Shown one piece after another: positions 29,101 to 38,056 of a stretch of 64,000 nucleotides of DNA (its first letter is position 1; each line of letters starts with the position of its first letter). A program made the translations under genes and the position numbers. The notes under the pieces were generated by a model that was given only the letters and a program-made list of their open reading frames with translations, made no database searches and was not told the DNA's origin. The stretch comes from a virus, in IMG/VR virus record IMGVR_UViG_3300032242_003148, positions 64,001 through 128,000 of that record, one strand, 5' to 3'.

Positions 29101-29502
29101 GGCACCCATTATATTAGCCCCCTGCAGGCCTGCGTATAGCCCTTGAGCCGCAGCCATAGGATTACCACCAATCATAGGAGATAACAGTCTTGCCACTCCA
29201 CTGTCAGGGGATGCGAAATTTCTACCGAACATTTGCATCGCTGGATTATCTGGATTAAGACCTGCAGCTTTAAACGCCATATTACCAGCAAATTCAGACC
29301 CTTGAAGCCCCATGAACTGTCGGGTTCTAGTTCGCTCTATAGAGGCATCATAGTAGCTCTGTCCCTCTCCTGGGCGAGGTGCATAGTTAAGCCCAAAAGC
29401 CCCAAAAGCTAAGCTATTAATGATAGGATTATCGTAGTTATTACCGTATGGACGATATTGACTATATGTTTCGTATCCTGGAAATGCTGATGGATCTGGC
29501 AT
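26155..29502 (-). CDS. Tape measure protein
   Basis: 1115 aa, helical, A/K/G/M-rich; immediately downstream of the frameshifted chaperone pair. Confidence 0.8.
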   Translation of the reverse strand: MPDPSAFPGYETYSQYRPYGNNYDNPIINSLAFGAFGLNYAPRPGEGQSYYDASIERTRTRQFMGLQGSEFAGNMAFKAAGLNPDNPAMQMFGRNFASPDSGVARLLSPMIGGNPMAAAQGLYAGLQGANIMGAFGRPEGVNSNETSQMMRTLEKSFYQKEGMGSVANKMDSAFTNRLLSDPALATQSGIGALSEDAANDAKSTGRDRRIRMEGLAKDATSLLDNEARRGTKDFNKKLSKELNDHIEQVLTKANNLTAEELKNARDSNGVVKPEVIRNLTRTELQRAGIEEAGLDYNAIKNTKLSDIADKISEGREAKDVRLNIISQARQEYDKATTDDERAAANKKIKEQLAASGVKVPEGILGFGASKKIDTKFLNEQEAKLKASNYAEYQASQYQQYKAAGGRYSGINFANTRGFNVEDFTSAFKSSAELGMLGTKGGVGKKFDEFMQNSGGALSAARSVFGNKSAGELVGKISDLLGTSAVDMSSKKGSAEVEKYLRDMKATARVAGVSMNAMLATIDAAKDLAKNNPRLQNLNSGAVADMSIKAFQTVSAMSGVMSAGDMRRAGDTQGMVASKISEQQKLLSSDMGQNLVALQQMFAGDAKKSAAVQEALKQFPQGVKPNQMPQLLDAVMKQPGMEGMSRAELMIGMNNTFFKEEGQKNKNFTGTATSMMEKGVQSSLYSHIFNSTKVKLDRAGFDAAYQKAKQEHPELNKEDFKAQYVQKQIADGYKEAVKKDPDLTMKDYVGTFMNKDGYSANLYGQYSTTINEGIARQLNPEYFKKLDKKRADEAKIDAKLDKKYGARYAPAITQLMSTLASGDSFSDAQASKLLGVFGEGAGAEKLKGGFQQAITSAGTEDYKGTAAGLAAATGENVTAEDLKNMAVAGFSTKDKTAADALKRLDTLTDKEKKGTITDTEKKQLKALQDEKRLGILSSDKAFKTGKDAIGQGHDAAAITAAAIEGQKDKITLEEFNKGEGKELLGGLDKLLAGVAKDTKDSAVGKGINAIQDYYKGDTEKMIKDAKEGTGIFDAKGDAAKKYGVDLSSEKFDQVRKDISETGDKYDEEKKKITGDTGNGASAADTTADMNKSLSALTAELQGGTLAKAVELLATKV

Positions 29503-29504
29503 GA

Positions 29505-29873
29505 TTATTTAGTTGAAGCAGCCTTTTTTTTGGCTTCTTCTAGAAGTTTGCGCATGTCTGAGAGTGATTGTGACGACAGTTCATGTTTAACCCCTATTTT
29601 AAGCTCCTTGGCGAGTTCTGGCAATTTCAATCCAAGGTATAATTGATAGGTGTCCTCTATCATTTTTAAGAGCTTATCGGTCTTGTTAGATAGCCCTGCA
29701 ACCAGCACAGTATCTTTACGTAGTCTCTCCTTAAGGAGGTTCTCGTATTCTTCTCCTTCTAGCCTATATAATATTATTTCTTCTCTTACAGCAGAAGTTC
29801 TCTGTTTATATTCAAAATTCAGCCAGCCACGAAGGTAACCTCTAGTTAACAACCTTACGCGCTGGCTGTCCAA
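29505..29873 (-). CDS. Tail assembly chaperone, gpT-like part (reached by -1 frameshift)
   Basis: Its nominal TTG start coincides with the slippery heptamer A AAT TTT of the upstream ORF. Confidence 0.75.
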   Translation of the reverse strand: MDSQRVRLLTRGYLRGWLNFEYKQRTSAVREEIILYRLEGEEYENLLKERLRKDTVLVAGLSNKTDKLLKMIEDTYQLYLGLKLPELAKELKIGVKHELSSQSLSDMRKLLEEAKKKAASTK

Positions 29874-30394
29874 AAATTTGTGGTTCTGACCTCGCTTGTT
29901 AGTTTAACCACCTTTGCCTCAAAGTCATTAAATGCAGATAAGAAAGCGGATAGCTTAAATGTTGGCCAATTTAACATGGCCTTGGCTCTTGCCCTAACAT
30001 AAGTTACACCGTCATCTGTAGGCTTGAAGGAGCTCTTGTCTATAGCCTGATATACTTGTCCATCTATCTCCATAAGACATAGAGCAAGTCTGTATGTCGA
30101 AATAGTGATAAAGTATGCATCATTATTTTCAGCGATATCTTTATTTTTATCGTTTTCTATTTGCGCGACCACATCATTATTTTCGGACACGCTCATAGTT
30201 CTGAGTAAAATACTCATTTTTCCTCCGAATAAATCAATCTTTTCAGAATACGGCTGGTCTGAAAGAACGGATTTAAAAAACTTTTCTTTTTCATCTTCCG
30301 TAACTGCAGGACCATTATCTACAGGAGACGAATTTGTGAATCCAGATTCTTCTACGTTTTGAATTTCTTCGTTTGTTTGTTCTTGCTCTTCCAT
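29855..30394 (-). CDS. Tail assembly chaperone, gpG-like
   Basis: Acidic 179-aa protein two genes before the tape measure gene, ending at a slippery site. Confidence 0.75.
   Translation of the reverse strand: MEEQEQTNEEIQNVEESGFTNSSPVDNGPAVTEDEKEKFFKSVLSDQPYSEKIDLFGGKMSILLRTMSVSENNDVVAQIENDKNKDIAENNDAYFITISTYRLALCLMEIDGQVYQAIDKSSFKPTDDGVTYVRARAKAMLNWPTFKLSAFLSAFNDFEAKVVKLTSEVRTTNFWTASA
29873..29879 (-). promoter_or_regulatory. Programmed -1 ribosomal frameshift heptamer AAAUUUU
   Basis: X XXY YYZ in the correct phase (A AAT TTT, codons N173-F174); the -1 frame stays open for 122 codons. Confidence 0.8.
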
Positions 30395-30399
30395 ATGTT

Positions 30400-32799
30400 T
30401 TATTTTTGTATTTTGTATTCGTTTAATGACTTTAGTGTAATTTTACCTGGCTTATTTTCTGATTTAGCTTTGCTTGATGATCCTTTGCCTGAAGGATCGA
30501 CCTGTAGATTTTTAGGAGCTTCCGAAGCCAGATAAAAAGCATCGAACTTATCTTTGCCTGGATATGGAAAACTACTATTAATTTCTTTTTCTTCCCAGGC
30601 ACTCAAACTATATAGTCCTGTAACCTGATCCTCTTGTTGTGCCATCGTGGATGGAATTGCATCTGTTTGTGGATCTATGCTGCCGTAATCCGAAGATGAT
30701 AAAAACTTAAAGTCTAGTTTTTGAAATTTCTCTTCACTCTGGAATACTGTGTTTTGTATTGGGTTGTCTAAATCAGGATAAATTTTTGTGACCTGGTCAA
30801 TGATTTCACTCATTGGTACAATCCCCTTAAGAATATCAATAAAGAAGCTTTTTTTGTCGTACATTACTCCAAGATTTGTATCTTTTTTACCAAACACACT
30901 TCCATTATTACCTGCGTATACTCCGGAACCTCCTGTGGAAATAAATAATGCAGACCCTTCCCCGTCAGCTATCAGATTCTTGCCGTGGGCAATTAATGTA
31001 CCTTTTGAGCTTAAACCTAATAGTTGATTTGCCTCCACAAAAACATTCTGCAGGGATTGGAGTGTTAGGTTTTGCTTTGCGTAATACAAGATCTCTGTTT
31101 CTGCGTAATTATATATACCCACCTTGGATTTGAGTACAATCCCCCCAATATCTGATATGGCATTATCTGCTGGGTCTGGTGAACCTGTGCTGGGTGTCTG
31201 AGAGTTTGACTGCAGTACTATACCTGATTCATCGCTATAAAAATATTGAGATTTTTGTGTTTTTAATCTGAACCCTTTTTCACTAGATGATAAGTCTATG
31301 TCCTCTTTTGATGCAATGCTCGTCCAACCTCCAACTTTAGCAATAAAGTTACGCAGTGGCTGAACTATAAGGTCTTTTGCTGGTTGGATATATATATTTC
31401 CACCCTCCATCACTATCGCGCTATTCCAAGCGTCTCTAATAGTTATCCCGCCATTTGGCATTAAATAAAACCCAGCCGATCTTAGCTTGTACTGCTCTTG
31501 GCCCAACGGAGTATGCTCATCTACGTTTTGAATATCACTTAGCTTTTTTTCTTTATCTAGCTCATCATTAACATAGAAATCTTTTTCATGGGTTTTAAAA
31601 TTTTGGTATGCAGAGACTTCATTGACGTAAGCAACATAATCTCTGATTTGTAAAAAATAATTATAAGGATTACTTTTATATTGATAGTCGTCCGTCCATT
31701 CAAATGCTTCTTTTTTATCGTAAGTTATTTCGGTTGCATCATCTCCTTTTGGATCTTCTGGTGCGCTATATCTGGTCGGTACACGAATCCAGCTAGTTTT
31801 TTCAAGGAATATTTCTTTAACACTTCTAATATGTACCCCTCCGTCTGTGCCTAGATGGAAGTCGAATAAGCCGGTGTCTGGCTTTGTGGGTTTATTCTCT
31901 GGGTTTAAAGTACGAACTTCTTTGTCGTCCGGCTTAACCAAAAAAACATGAAGAAAATCTCCAAGGCGACCAAGAAAAACTTTAAAGCGCTCTATTGCTA
32001 CAATTCTCTCATCTTCGTTTATTTTATAAAAATCTTTAGAGTCATCTGGCAGATTTGTGGCTTCACGTTCGAATACTGGTGCACCATCATCTGTGTTTAC
32101 AGATGGTCGCCCAAGAGCCTCATTAGGTAAATGTGTAGCTCCAAACTCAGCCATTAAAGATTTACCGTCGTGCCAAATATTATATTCTCCTAACGCTGTG
32201 TAGTGCTGAAAATTATGACTTATAACCCGCACCAAATCATCTAATAAATGGCACTGTACTTGAGATAGTTCAGACCCTTTGAGCATTGCAAGCTCCTGAA
32301 ATAATCCTAATAATACACCAAATTCGTTACTAACTACATATTCTCCATCCACAACGTCTGTTGGACGACGGTTTGTTGGCATAACTGGATGCTTGTCCTT
32401 ATGCCCCATTCTCTGTGCATCGTCACCACCAGCACACACAGCCCCTGCCGTAACTCTTCCAGGTAAGAGGTCTGAGCTTAAGTTATTTTGGGGGATGATG
32501 CCTATGATATAACATGTATTTGCGCTACTTGATACACACAGCACACGACTTCCTGGTTGTGGGATTGACACTTCTTTAAACCCAAAAAACGAGGCAAGAT
32601 GTGAAGAGATAACTATACCTTGTAATGTGTTTCCTCCGTCTGGGTTGTTTGTAACATAGCTTTCTCTTACTACTGAAACGGTGTATGTAGCGGCAGTAGA
32701 CGTAATCACCACTGCCGTAAATAACGACATCTCCGAATTAGTGTTGATGATTGCTGCTAGATCTCTCTTAGCCTCTGAAAATAATCCCTTAATGTCCAT
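30400..32799 (-). CDS. Central spike / gp5-VgrG-like protein
   Basis: N-terminal OB-like region (PQPGSRVLCV) and later beta-helix-like short repeats. Confidence 0.65.
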   Translation of the reverse strand: MDIKGLFSEAKRDLAAIINTNSEMSLFTAVVITSTAATYTVSVVRESYVTNNPDGGNTLQGIVISSHLASFFGFKEVSIPQPGSRVLCVSSSANTCYIIGIIPQNNLSSDLLPGRVTAGAVCAGGDDAQRMGHKDKHPVMPTNRRPTDVVDGEYVVSNEFGVLLGLFQELAMLKGSELSQVQCHLLDDLVRVISHNFQHYTALGEYNIWHDGKSLMAEFGATHLPNEALGRPSVNTDDGAPVFEREATNLPDDSKDFYKINEDERIVAIERFKVFLGRLGDFLHVFLVKPDDKEVRTLNPENKPTKPDTGLFDFHLGTDGGVHIRSVKEIFLEKTSWIRVPTRYSAPEDPKGDDATEITYDKKEAFEWTDDYQYKSNPYNYFLQIRDYVAYVNEVSAYQNFKTHEKDFYVNDELDKEKKLSDIQNVDEHTPLGQEQYKLRSAGFYLMPNGGITIRDAWNSAIVMEGGNIYIQPAKDLIVQPLRNFIAKVGGWTSIASKEDIDLSSSEKGFRLKTQKSQYFYSDESGIVLQSNSQTPSTGSPDPADNAISDIGGIVLKSKVGIYNYAETEILYYAKQNLTLQSLQNVFVEANQLLGLSSKGTLIAHGKNLIADGEGSALFISTGGSGVYAGNNGSVFGKKDTNLGVMYDKKSFFIDILKGIVPMSEIIDQVTKIYPDLDNPIQNTVFQSEEKFQKLDFKFLSSSDYGSIDPQTDAIPSTMAQQEDQVTGLYSLSAWEEKEINSSFPYPGKDKFDAFYLASEAPKNLQVDPSGKGSSSKAKSENKPGKITLKSLNEYKIQK

Positions 32800-32812
32800 A
32801 TGCTGTGTATTG

Positions 32813-32840
32813 AATATAGTTGCATGGTACTATATTGCAA
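32813..32840 (-). promoter_or_regulatory. Sigma70-like promoter TTGCAA-N16-TATATT
   Basis: Lies just after the terminator and 13 nt before ATG 32799. Confidence 0.5.
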
Positions 32841-32841
32841 G

Positions 32842-32879
32842 AAATAAAAAGGCCTCATCAGCGATTAACTGATGAGGCC
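32842..32879 (-). terminator. Intrinsic terminator after the tail tube gene
   Basis: 11-bp stem GGCCTCATCAG/CTGATGAGGCC followed by TTTTTATTT on the minus strand. Confidence 0.85.
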
Positions 32880-32901
32880 CTATTACCTTATCTACCTTAT
32901 A

Positions 32902-33342
32902 TTAACCGCGAACTAACTCTAAGAACTCGATCGTGATATTATCCACAACCGTTAAACCCTCTGCTTCTGCGGAGAGACTATATTGACTTACTACACAACC
33001 CTTTGCGGTGAGTGTATAGCCGTTGGCTGGGCAATTGCTTCCCTTTCCTCCTGTCATTGCGAACGAAATTTGTCCTGGAGTACAGGCGGACCAACCAGTT
33101 GCACTAAAGATATCGGATCCACCGTCTGCGATAAGCCTTGCAATTGTTACTTGCCCCACTGGATAAGTAGCGTAAATGATTGCATTCTGGTTACCAATTG
33201 TTCTGCGACGTTGAACCTGTTGCTGATAAGAAATTTGAACCTGCATAGCTGCTGCGATAGCGCCACCCCAGGTAATAAGACAATTATCCGCCGTTACGGG
33301 AGTCTTAATTGTTGTGTCTTGACGGTTGAATAGATCGGCCAT
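32902..33342 (-). CDS. Tail tube protein
   Basis: 146 aa downstream of the sheath gene; AGGAG RBS; own terminator; L..KGC.V..YS.S..A....V...I.I.F pattern. Confidence 0.75.
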   Translation of the reverse strand: MADLFNRQDTTIKTPVTADNCLITWGGAIAAAMQVQISYQQQVQRRRTIGNQNAIIYATYPVGQVTIARLIADGGSDIFSATGWSACTPGQISFAMTGGKGSNCPANGYTLTAKGCVVSQYSLSAEAEGLTVVDNITIEFLELVRG

Positions 33343-33370
33343 AGTAGTTTATCTCCTGTTATTGTTTATA

Positions 33371-33580
33371 TTAGTTTAAATTAATTAGTCCCAATTGTCT
33401 AGCTACATCGTTAAAATTGTTGTCTTCTCCCTTTGTGTATCTGACCCAGGCTTTCCCGTTTCCTATCATTCTATAGATCACATTTGGTGATCCGTCGTCT
33501 GAGTAGATTAGTAGTCCTGTGGCTTTGTCGGTATCTAATAATATTGGTTCTCTAAAGTCTCCTGTTACTACAACTTTCAT
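33371..33580 (-). CDS. Hypothetical protein
   Basis: 69 aa, TAATG-coupled to the upstream gene. Confidence 0.65.
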   Translation of the reverse strand: MKVVVTGDFREPILLDTDKATGLLIYSDDGSPNVIYRMIGNGKAWVRYTKGEDNNFNDVARQLGLINLN

Positions 33581-33831
33581 TAAATTCCTAGGTTTTGTTT
33601 GATTGATTGTAGTTCTTGTTGAATTTTTTCTTGCTCCATCAGCTTGGATAAACTGGATAATTCTTCATTACCTAAATTATCTTGGGCTGTGGGTGCCGGG
33701 ATATCTAATTTCTTGAATACCTCGGCAGAGCCTGGGTATTCGTTGGCTCTTTTCCAGAGTTGGCTTGCCTCTTTTTGAGACAAACCAAACTCTGTTGCAA
33801 AGCTTAGAAATCCTGTTTCAAATGTATCCAT
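33580..33831 (-). CDS. Small leader-family protein
   Basis: MDTFETGFLSFATEFGLS...WKRA. Confidence 0.7.
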   Translation of the reverse strand: MDTFETGFLSFATEFGLSQKEASQLWKRANEYPGSAEVFKKLDIPAPTAQDNLGNEELSSLSKLMEQEKIQQELQSIKQNLGI

Positions 33832-36800
33832 TATACCACCAGTAGCAGATTGATGTAGTTCAGTGGGTACGGGACGTGTAACTGAAGGCTTACGTCAATC
33901 CGATCTTTGTAGTTAGGATTTTGTTGAATCTGAAGGATATCTGTGGCAGGAGTGAAGCTTACCAACTGATTACCTGCACGCACCGTATATGTCTGCGTGG
34001 CGTAGAAGTTCATCTGATTGATGATAGCGTCTCTGATTACTTGGATATTCGCAGGGTTGATATTATAAGTACCAATATACGGAGCAAGAATTCTCTTTAA
34101 TCCATAACTCATATTATCGACGTTTGTGGTGATAGAGTCTTCAGAGGTATTGAGGCTTGTTGCATCAGATGTCAGCTGGTGGCGTACATAAGGAGTTGCA
34201 CCTACAATGTTCTGAGTTACTAACCACACACCCTGTGAGGCCATTACGTTCAGTTGATCCTGATTGAATACATTAACAACCTTGTTCAGATTATCAGCAC
34301 CAAGTACAACTGTATTTGTTAATCCCTGGTGAGGAACAACACCCGCACGTAATCCAGCAAGGGCTGCTGCCATGAAGTATCCGGCGTATGTTACATTATT
34401 ATATTTATAAGAATCAGGGAATACCACACGCACACGACGGTTTCTATAGCTACCGGCGATTGCGGCAATATTGTTTGCACGCTCGTCGAGAGTATAGTTG
34501 CGAACAATCTGAGCTAATACAGGGGAAACAATCGGTGCGGAAAGCCCAGAAGTGATTGTGAATGAAGTCTGACTTCTGACTTGGCTCACAGTGTACTGTG
34601 AATAAGTCTGATTTCCGTTGGCGTCCGCGCTAAAGTTAATTCTGAGGGAATCGCCAGCGCGAACCCCATTAGTTATCAACGTAGCTCCAGGAATGGTGAC
34701 TAATGTATATTGTGTTCCAGCGTTAATTGGATCATCAGCAACTGTGGCAACCCAAGGGGTTGGGGTTGAACCTGTGGTATTGTTTACCTGACCCAGGGTT
34801 GAGCCTGTTCCATAGAGTACTGCTGTTGTTAAGTCCTGCTGGGACAACCAAGCAACACGCCAGAGACCTACGCCGGGTGTGCTGTAAGCATTAACGTGGG
34901 CAACCACAGCCTGCTGAATGGTGCGATCGAATGTAAGAGGAACAAAGCCATAAACTGCATCATTCTTTTGTGCGATAGCAATTGCTGCGTTGTAACCCGC
35001 CAGGTCGTCAGATCCCACACCAATGAAGTAAACCGTGGTATCATTTGAGTTTAAAACTGCGTTATAAACACCCTGGGCCAATGGATTATCAGGATGGATG
35101 GTGCCTAATTTAGTAGTAACATCGTCCTCGTTGTCAACAGAGCTAATTGAGGCGGCGTTGTCTGTCAGCAGATCTCTGTGCTCAATATATACCTTAGCAG
35201 AAGTTACTGTAAGAGGTAGCGGCGCTCCCCCAAACACTATATTTGCGTCGGTTGTAGTTACTCCGCTGTTAAGCTGAAGTTGATTAATTGCTACAGACTG
35301 CCAATTATAAGTGCCTGTAGTGAGATTCTGAATTGTTGGGACCTGAATAGATGCCTGATTAAGTGACAGCGTTACATACATAGTATTGCTGTTATTAATT
35401 GTGGCGCTAGGTAAGTTATCCGATAACTGAATAACGTTAACAGCTCCGAGAGATGCGGACTTTGCGTTAATGTAATAGCTATCTCCCTGAATTAATCCTG
35501 CGCTGGAGCTCGTTGTTCCTGCTGTGAATGTTGCGGTCACTCCATAATTACCGATGGTTATTGCGGAGTTGAGAGGAACGAGTACAGCTGCGGATGAATC
35601 TCCATTTGACGCTGTTATAGCAACTTGCGCACAAGTAGAAGCATTACCCGCACCGCTGTTGAGAGTGCTATCATAGAATGCACCTCCACGAACAACTGTG
35701 AGCTTGTATACTGCATCAGATGCACCCGAATAGGTTCCTGCAGCTGTATACGTTGCATTGGTTGTTAAAGCTGTAACTCCTAATGTCCAGCTCATGCCCA
35801 CCGTAAGTGAGTTTGCTGAAGCTGCGGCATTGGGTAGAGTTAATGTGATAGTATTGCCGGCGTCATCTGTATCCAAAACAAACGACCAGGTTTGTGATCC
35901 ACCTGAGCCTGAGGTTGTTATAGTTGCTGCTGTTGTTGCAAAAGCACCATTCTTGGAACTGATTGAAAACGTTGCATTAGATGCATTAGTTCCACCAGTG
36001 ACAGTGGCGGTGAGGGTATCACTCATGATACGAAGCGCCTTGTGCCCACTCCAGTTACCGGAATAAGCTGCAGCTACTGAGAATGAAGGAGCTGACGGGG
36101 CAGTTGTTGCTCCGGCCCAAACATATGTACCTGCGATAGGCTGTACCTTGGTGTAGATACCTACGTTGGAGGGATCTTCATACAGACCACCAACACGATA
36201 AGTTATGCCTGTTTCTGCGATACCAATAGAAGGTTCTGTGATAACGCGGTCGAGAACAACTGAGGTTGTGCTCTGAATACCTGTGATTAAGTAAGATGCT
36301 TGCGCAATTGCAGTTGTCTCGTTAGCTGTGTAAGTGATAGTAACTCCACTGGCGATTGAGGCTGTTGTGGCTGCGCTTAAGTTAACAGTGTACGGGCTGG
36401 ATGAGCCTGATGTGCTTACCACTGTTGTTCCTGAGGCGATACCCGAACCTGAGATAGGTGTACCAGCAACTAACCCTGTGATTGAGGATGTTGTGATTGC
36501 TGTTGCTCCTGAAGCCACAGTTGTGCCTGTGGTTGTGACTGTGCCTGTTGTACCCTGAGTACCTGAAACAAGGGTTAAGAACTGTCCGACATGAGCTGAA
36601 GTGAATGTCACGGAGGTGTCCGTGAAAATATTTGTCTGGGGATAAGCTACTGAACCAGTTGTGCTGGTGAAGGAGGCCGTACCTACAGAAGCGGCTAGAT
36701 TGCTGTTTTCAGCATATGTATCACGAATAAGTGCTGAGATTGTTGATGTTACTGAATTTCCTGCGCTATCTGTGACGTTAATTATGTCTCCAACCTGAAC

Positions 36801-37277
36801 ATCGCGGTTCGAGAGATATGTCGAACGTGAATAACCATACTGCGTTTGAAGCGCAGAAGTTGAATAATTCGTATTATTAGGATTCCACTTAACGCGGTTA
36901 GGATATTTATTACCATTAGCTGCGGTAACAAGACCAACCTGCGTTGCGGAGGATTGTGCTGCCACGTTGAAAGAAGCAAGCGGGAAGTATGTTGCAACAA
37001 CGTTCTCAAAGAAAACCTTGGTGTAGCTTGTATCAACCAGAGCACCGGCTGAAACGCTAGGAATGGCGTAAAGAACCGTTGATGCTGCTTGGTAGTTATT
37101 AACCTTAGAGGAATCGGTGGGGTGTACTGGAGTAACCTCGTCGCGCTCTGAAGCTACTGAGTATCTAGCTAAATCATACTGGGGACCGATGATAAAAGCT
37201 GCGAGGGGGTTTGTACGGTAAACAGGAATTTGTGTGAACTCCTGCTGAATTAATACTTTTGGTACGATGTATGCCAT
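33831..37277 (-). CDS. Contractile tail sheath protein with large insertions
   Basis: N-terminal PKVLIQQEF; C-terminal PHQGLTN...QLNVMASQGVWLV...VRHQLTS...YIGTYNI...VPYPLNYI. Confidence 0.9.
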   Translation of the reverse strand: MAYIVPKVLIQQEFTQIPVYRTNPLAAFIIGPQYDLARYSVASERDEVTPVHPTDSSKVNNYQAASTVLYAIPSVSAGALVDTSYTKVFFENVVATYFPLASFNVAAQSSATQVGLVTAANGNKYPNRVKWNPNNTNYSTSALQTQYGYSRSTYLSNRDVQVGDIINVTDSAGNSVTSTISALIRDTYAENSNLAASVGTASFTSTTGSVAYPQTNIFTDTSVTFTSAHVGQFLTLVSGTQGTTGTVTTTGTTVASGATAITTSSITGLVAGTPISGSGIASGTTVVSTSGSSSPYTVNLSAATTASIASGVTITYTANETTAIAQASYLITGIQSTTSVVLDRVITEPSIGIAETGITYRVGGLYEDPSNVGIYTKVQPIAGTYVWAGATTAPSAPSFSVAAAYSGNWSGHKALRIMSDTLTATVTGGTNASNATFSISSKNGAFATTAATITTSGSGGSQTWSFVLDTDDAGNTITLTLPNAAASANSLTVGMSWTLGVTALTTNATYTAAGTYSGASDAVYKLTVVRGGAFYDSTLNSGAGNASTCAQVAITASNGDSSAAVLVPLNSAITIGNYGVTATFTAGTTSSSAGLIQGDSYYINAKSASLGAVNVIQLSDNLPSATINNSNTMYVTLSLNQASIQVPTIQNLTTGTYNWQSVAINQLQLNSGVTTTDANIVFGGAPLPLTVTSAKVYIEHRDLLTDNAASISSVDNEDDVTTKLGTIHPDNPLAQGVYNAVLNSNDTTVYFIGVGSDDLAGYNAAIAIAQKNDAVYGFVPLTFDRTIQQAVVAHVNAYSTPGVGLWRVAWLSQQDLTTAVLYGTGSTLGQVNNTTGSTPTPWVATVADDPINAGTQYTLVTIPGATLITNGVRAGDSLRINFSADANGNQTYSQYTVSQVRSQTSFTITSGLSAPIVSPVLAQIVRNYTLDERANNIAAIAGSYRNRRVRVVFPDSYKYNNVTYAGYFMAAALAGLRAGVVPHQGLTNTVVLGADNLNKVVNVFNQDQLNVMASQGVWLVTQNIVGATPYVRHQLTSDATSLNTSEDSITTNVDNMSYGLKRILAPYIGTYNINPANIQVIRDAIINQMNFYATQTYTVRAGNQLVSFTPATDILQIQQNPNYKDRIDVSLQLHVPYPLNYINLLLVV

Positions 37278-37305
37278 ATTTTTTTCTCCTAGATTGTTGT
37301 TTATT

Positions 37306-37334
37306 ATTTTAAATCAGTATTCTCTTGGTTGCAA
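37306..37334 (-). promoter_or_regulatory. Promoter TTGCAA-N17-TAAAAT
   Basis: Intergenic, upstream of the sheath gene and its AGGAG RBS; same hexamers and spacing at 62866-62894. Confidence 0.7.
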
Positions 37335-37348
37335 GATTATTTCTCCGC

Positions 37349-38056
37349 TCACTGATTTAGGAGCGGAGATTCTGCACAGCTAGTAAAAACGGTAAAACTC
37401 ACTGTTTTTAATTTTAGATGATCTCCTGTAATTGTAAAGCCCATATCAAACGCAGTATACAAATTTAATGACACTGCATAGTGTTCTTTGGACTCTAAAT
37501 ATAGCGTAGGAGTGGTCATAGACTCAAGTCGGAATTTACGTAAAAAGAAATCTCTTCTGATCTCTTCTGCATGGTCTAGGTATACTCTTGATAAATACTG
37601 AGCAAATTGCTCAGCAAATCCTACGTTTGTACCCACCACAGTAACAACAATTGGCATCTCTAATATACTAAGTTTCGCCTTTTCGGAATTTCTAGAATCC
37701 CCACCTATCTGCTGATTAAACGTAGGATAATTATATTTAGCCTCGCCTCTGCTAACAAACACTGCAGGTCTTTTTTGTACAACGTCGTCTTTATAGTTAT
37801 ATGCTAGATCCAAAAATACTTCAGACTTTTTAGGGTCTCTATGGTATCTTTGAGAAAATACAAATCCTTGAGCCCTTGGATCGTTGGCAAGCATGTAGTT
37901 AGCTGCCATCTCATAACAAATGTTCTGAACTGTCCATGGGGTTAATACCAGGTTCTTACTGCTGGTTTCTTCTGGGGTAGGGGTATCCCTTGTAAACGGC
38001 GATACATAACCAACTAGGGGAGGACATGATAAATCTTCGTTACTCATATAAATCAA
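37349..38056 (-). CDS. Neck / tail terminator-like protein
   Basis: Directly upstream of the sheath gene; KRPAVFVSRG motif. Confidence 0.55.
   Translation of the reverse strand: MIYMSNEDLSCPPLVGYVSPFTRDTPTPEETSSKNLVLTPWTVQNICYEMAANYMLANDPRAQGFVFSQRYHRDPKKSEVFLDLAYNYKDDVVQKRPAVFVSRGEAKYNYPTFNQQIGGDSRNSEKAKLSILEMPIVVTVVGTNVGFAEQFAQYLSRVYLDHAEEIRRDFFLRKFRLESMTTPTLYLESKEHYAVSLNLYTAFDMGFTITGDHLKLKTVSFTVFTSCAESPLLNQ

Noticed and set aside
20012-37277. Tailocin / eCIS / T6SS interpretation
   Set aside because: Capsid, protease, scaffold, neck and RNAP genes are contiguous with the tail genes, indicating a phage.
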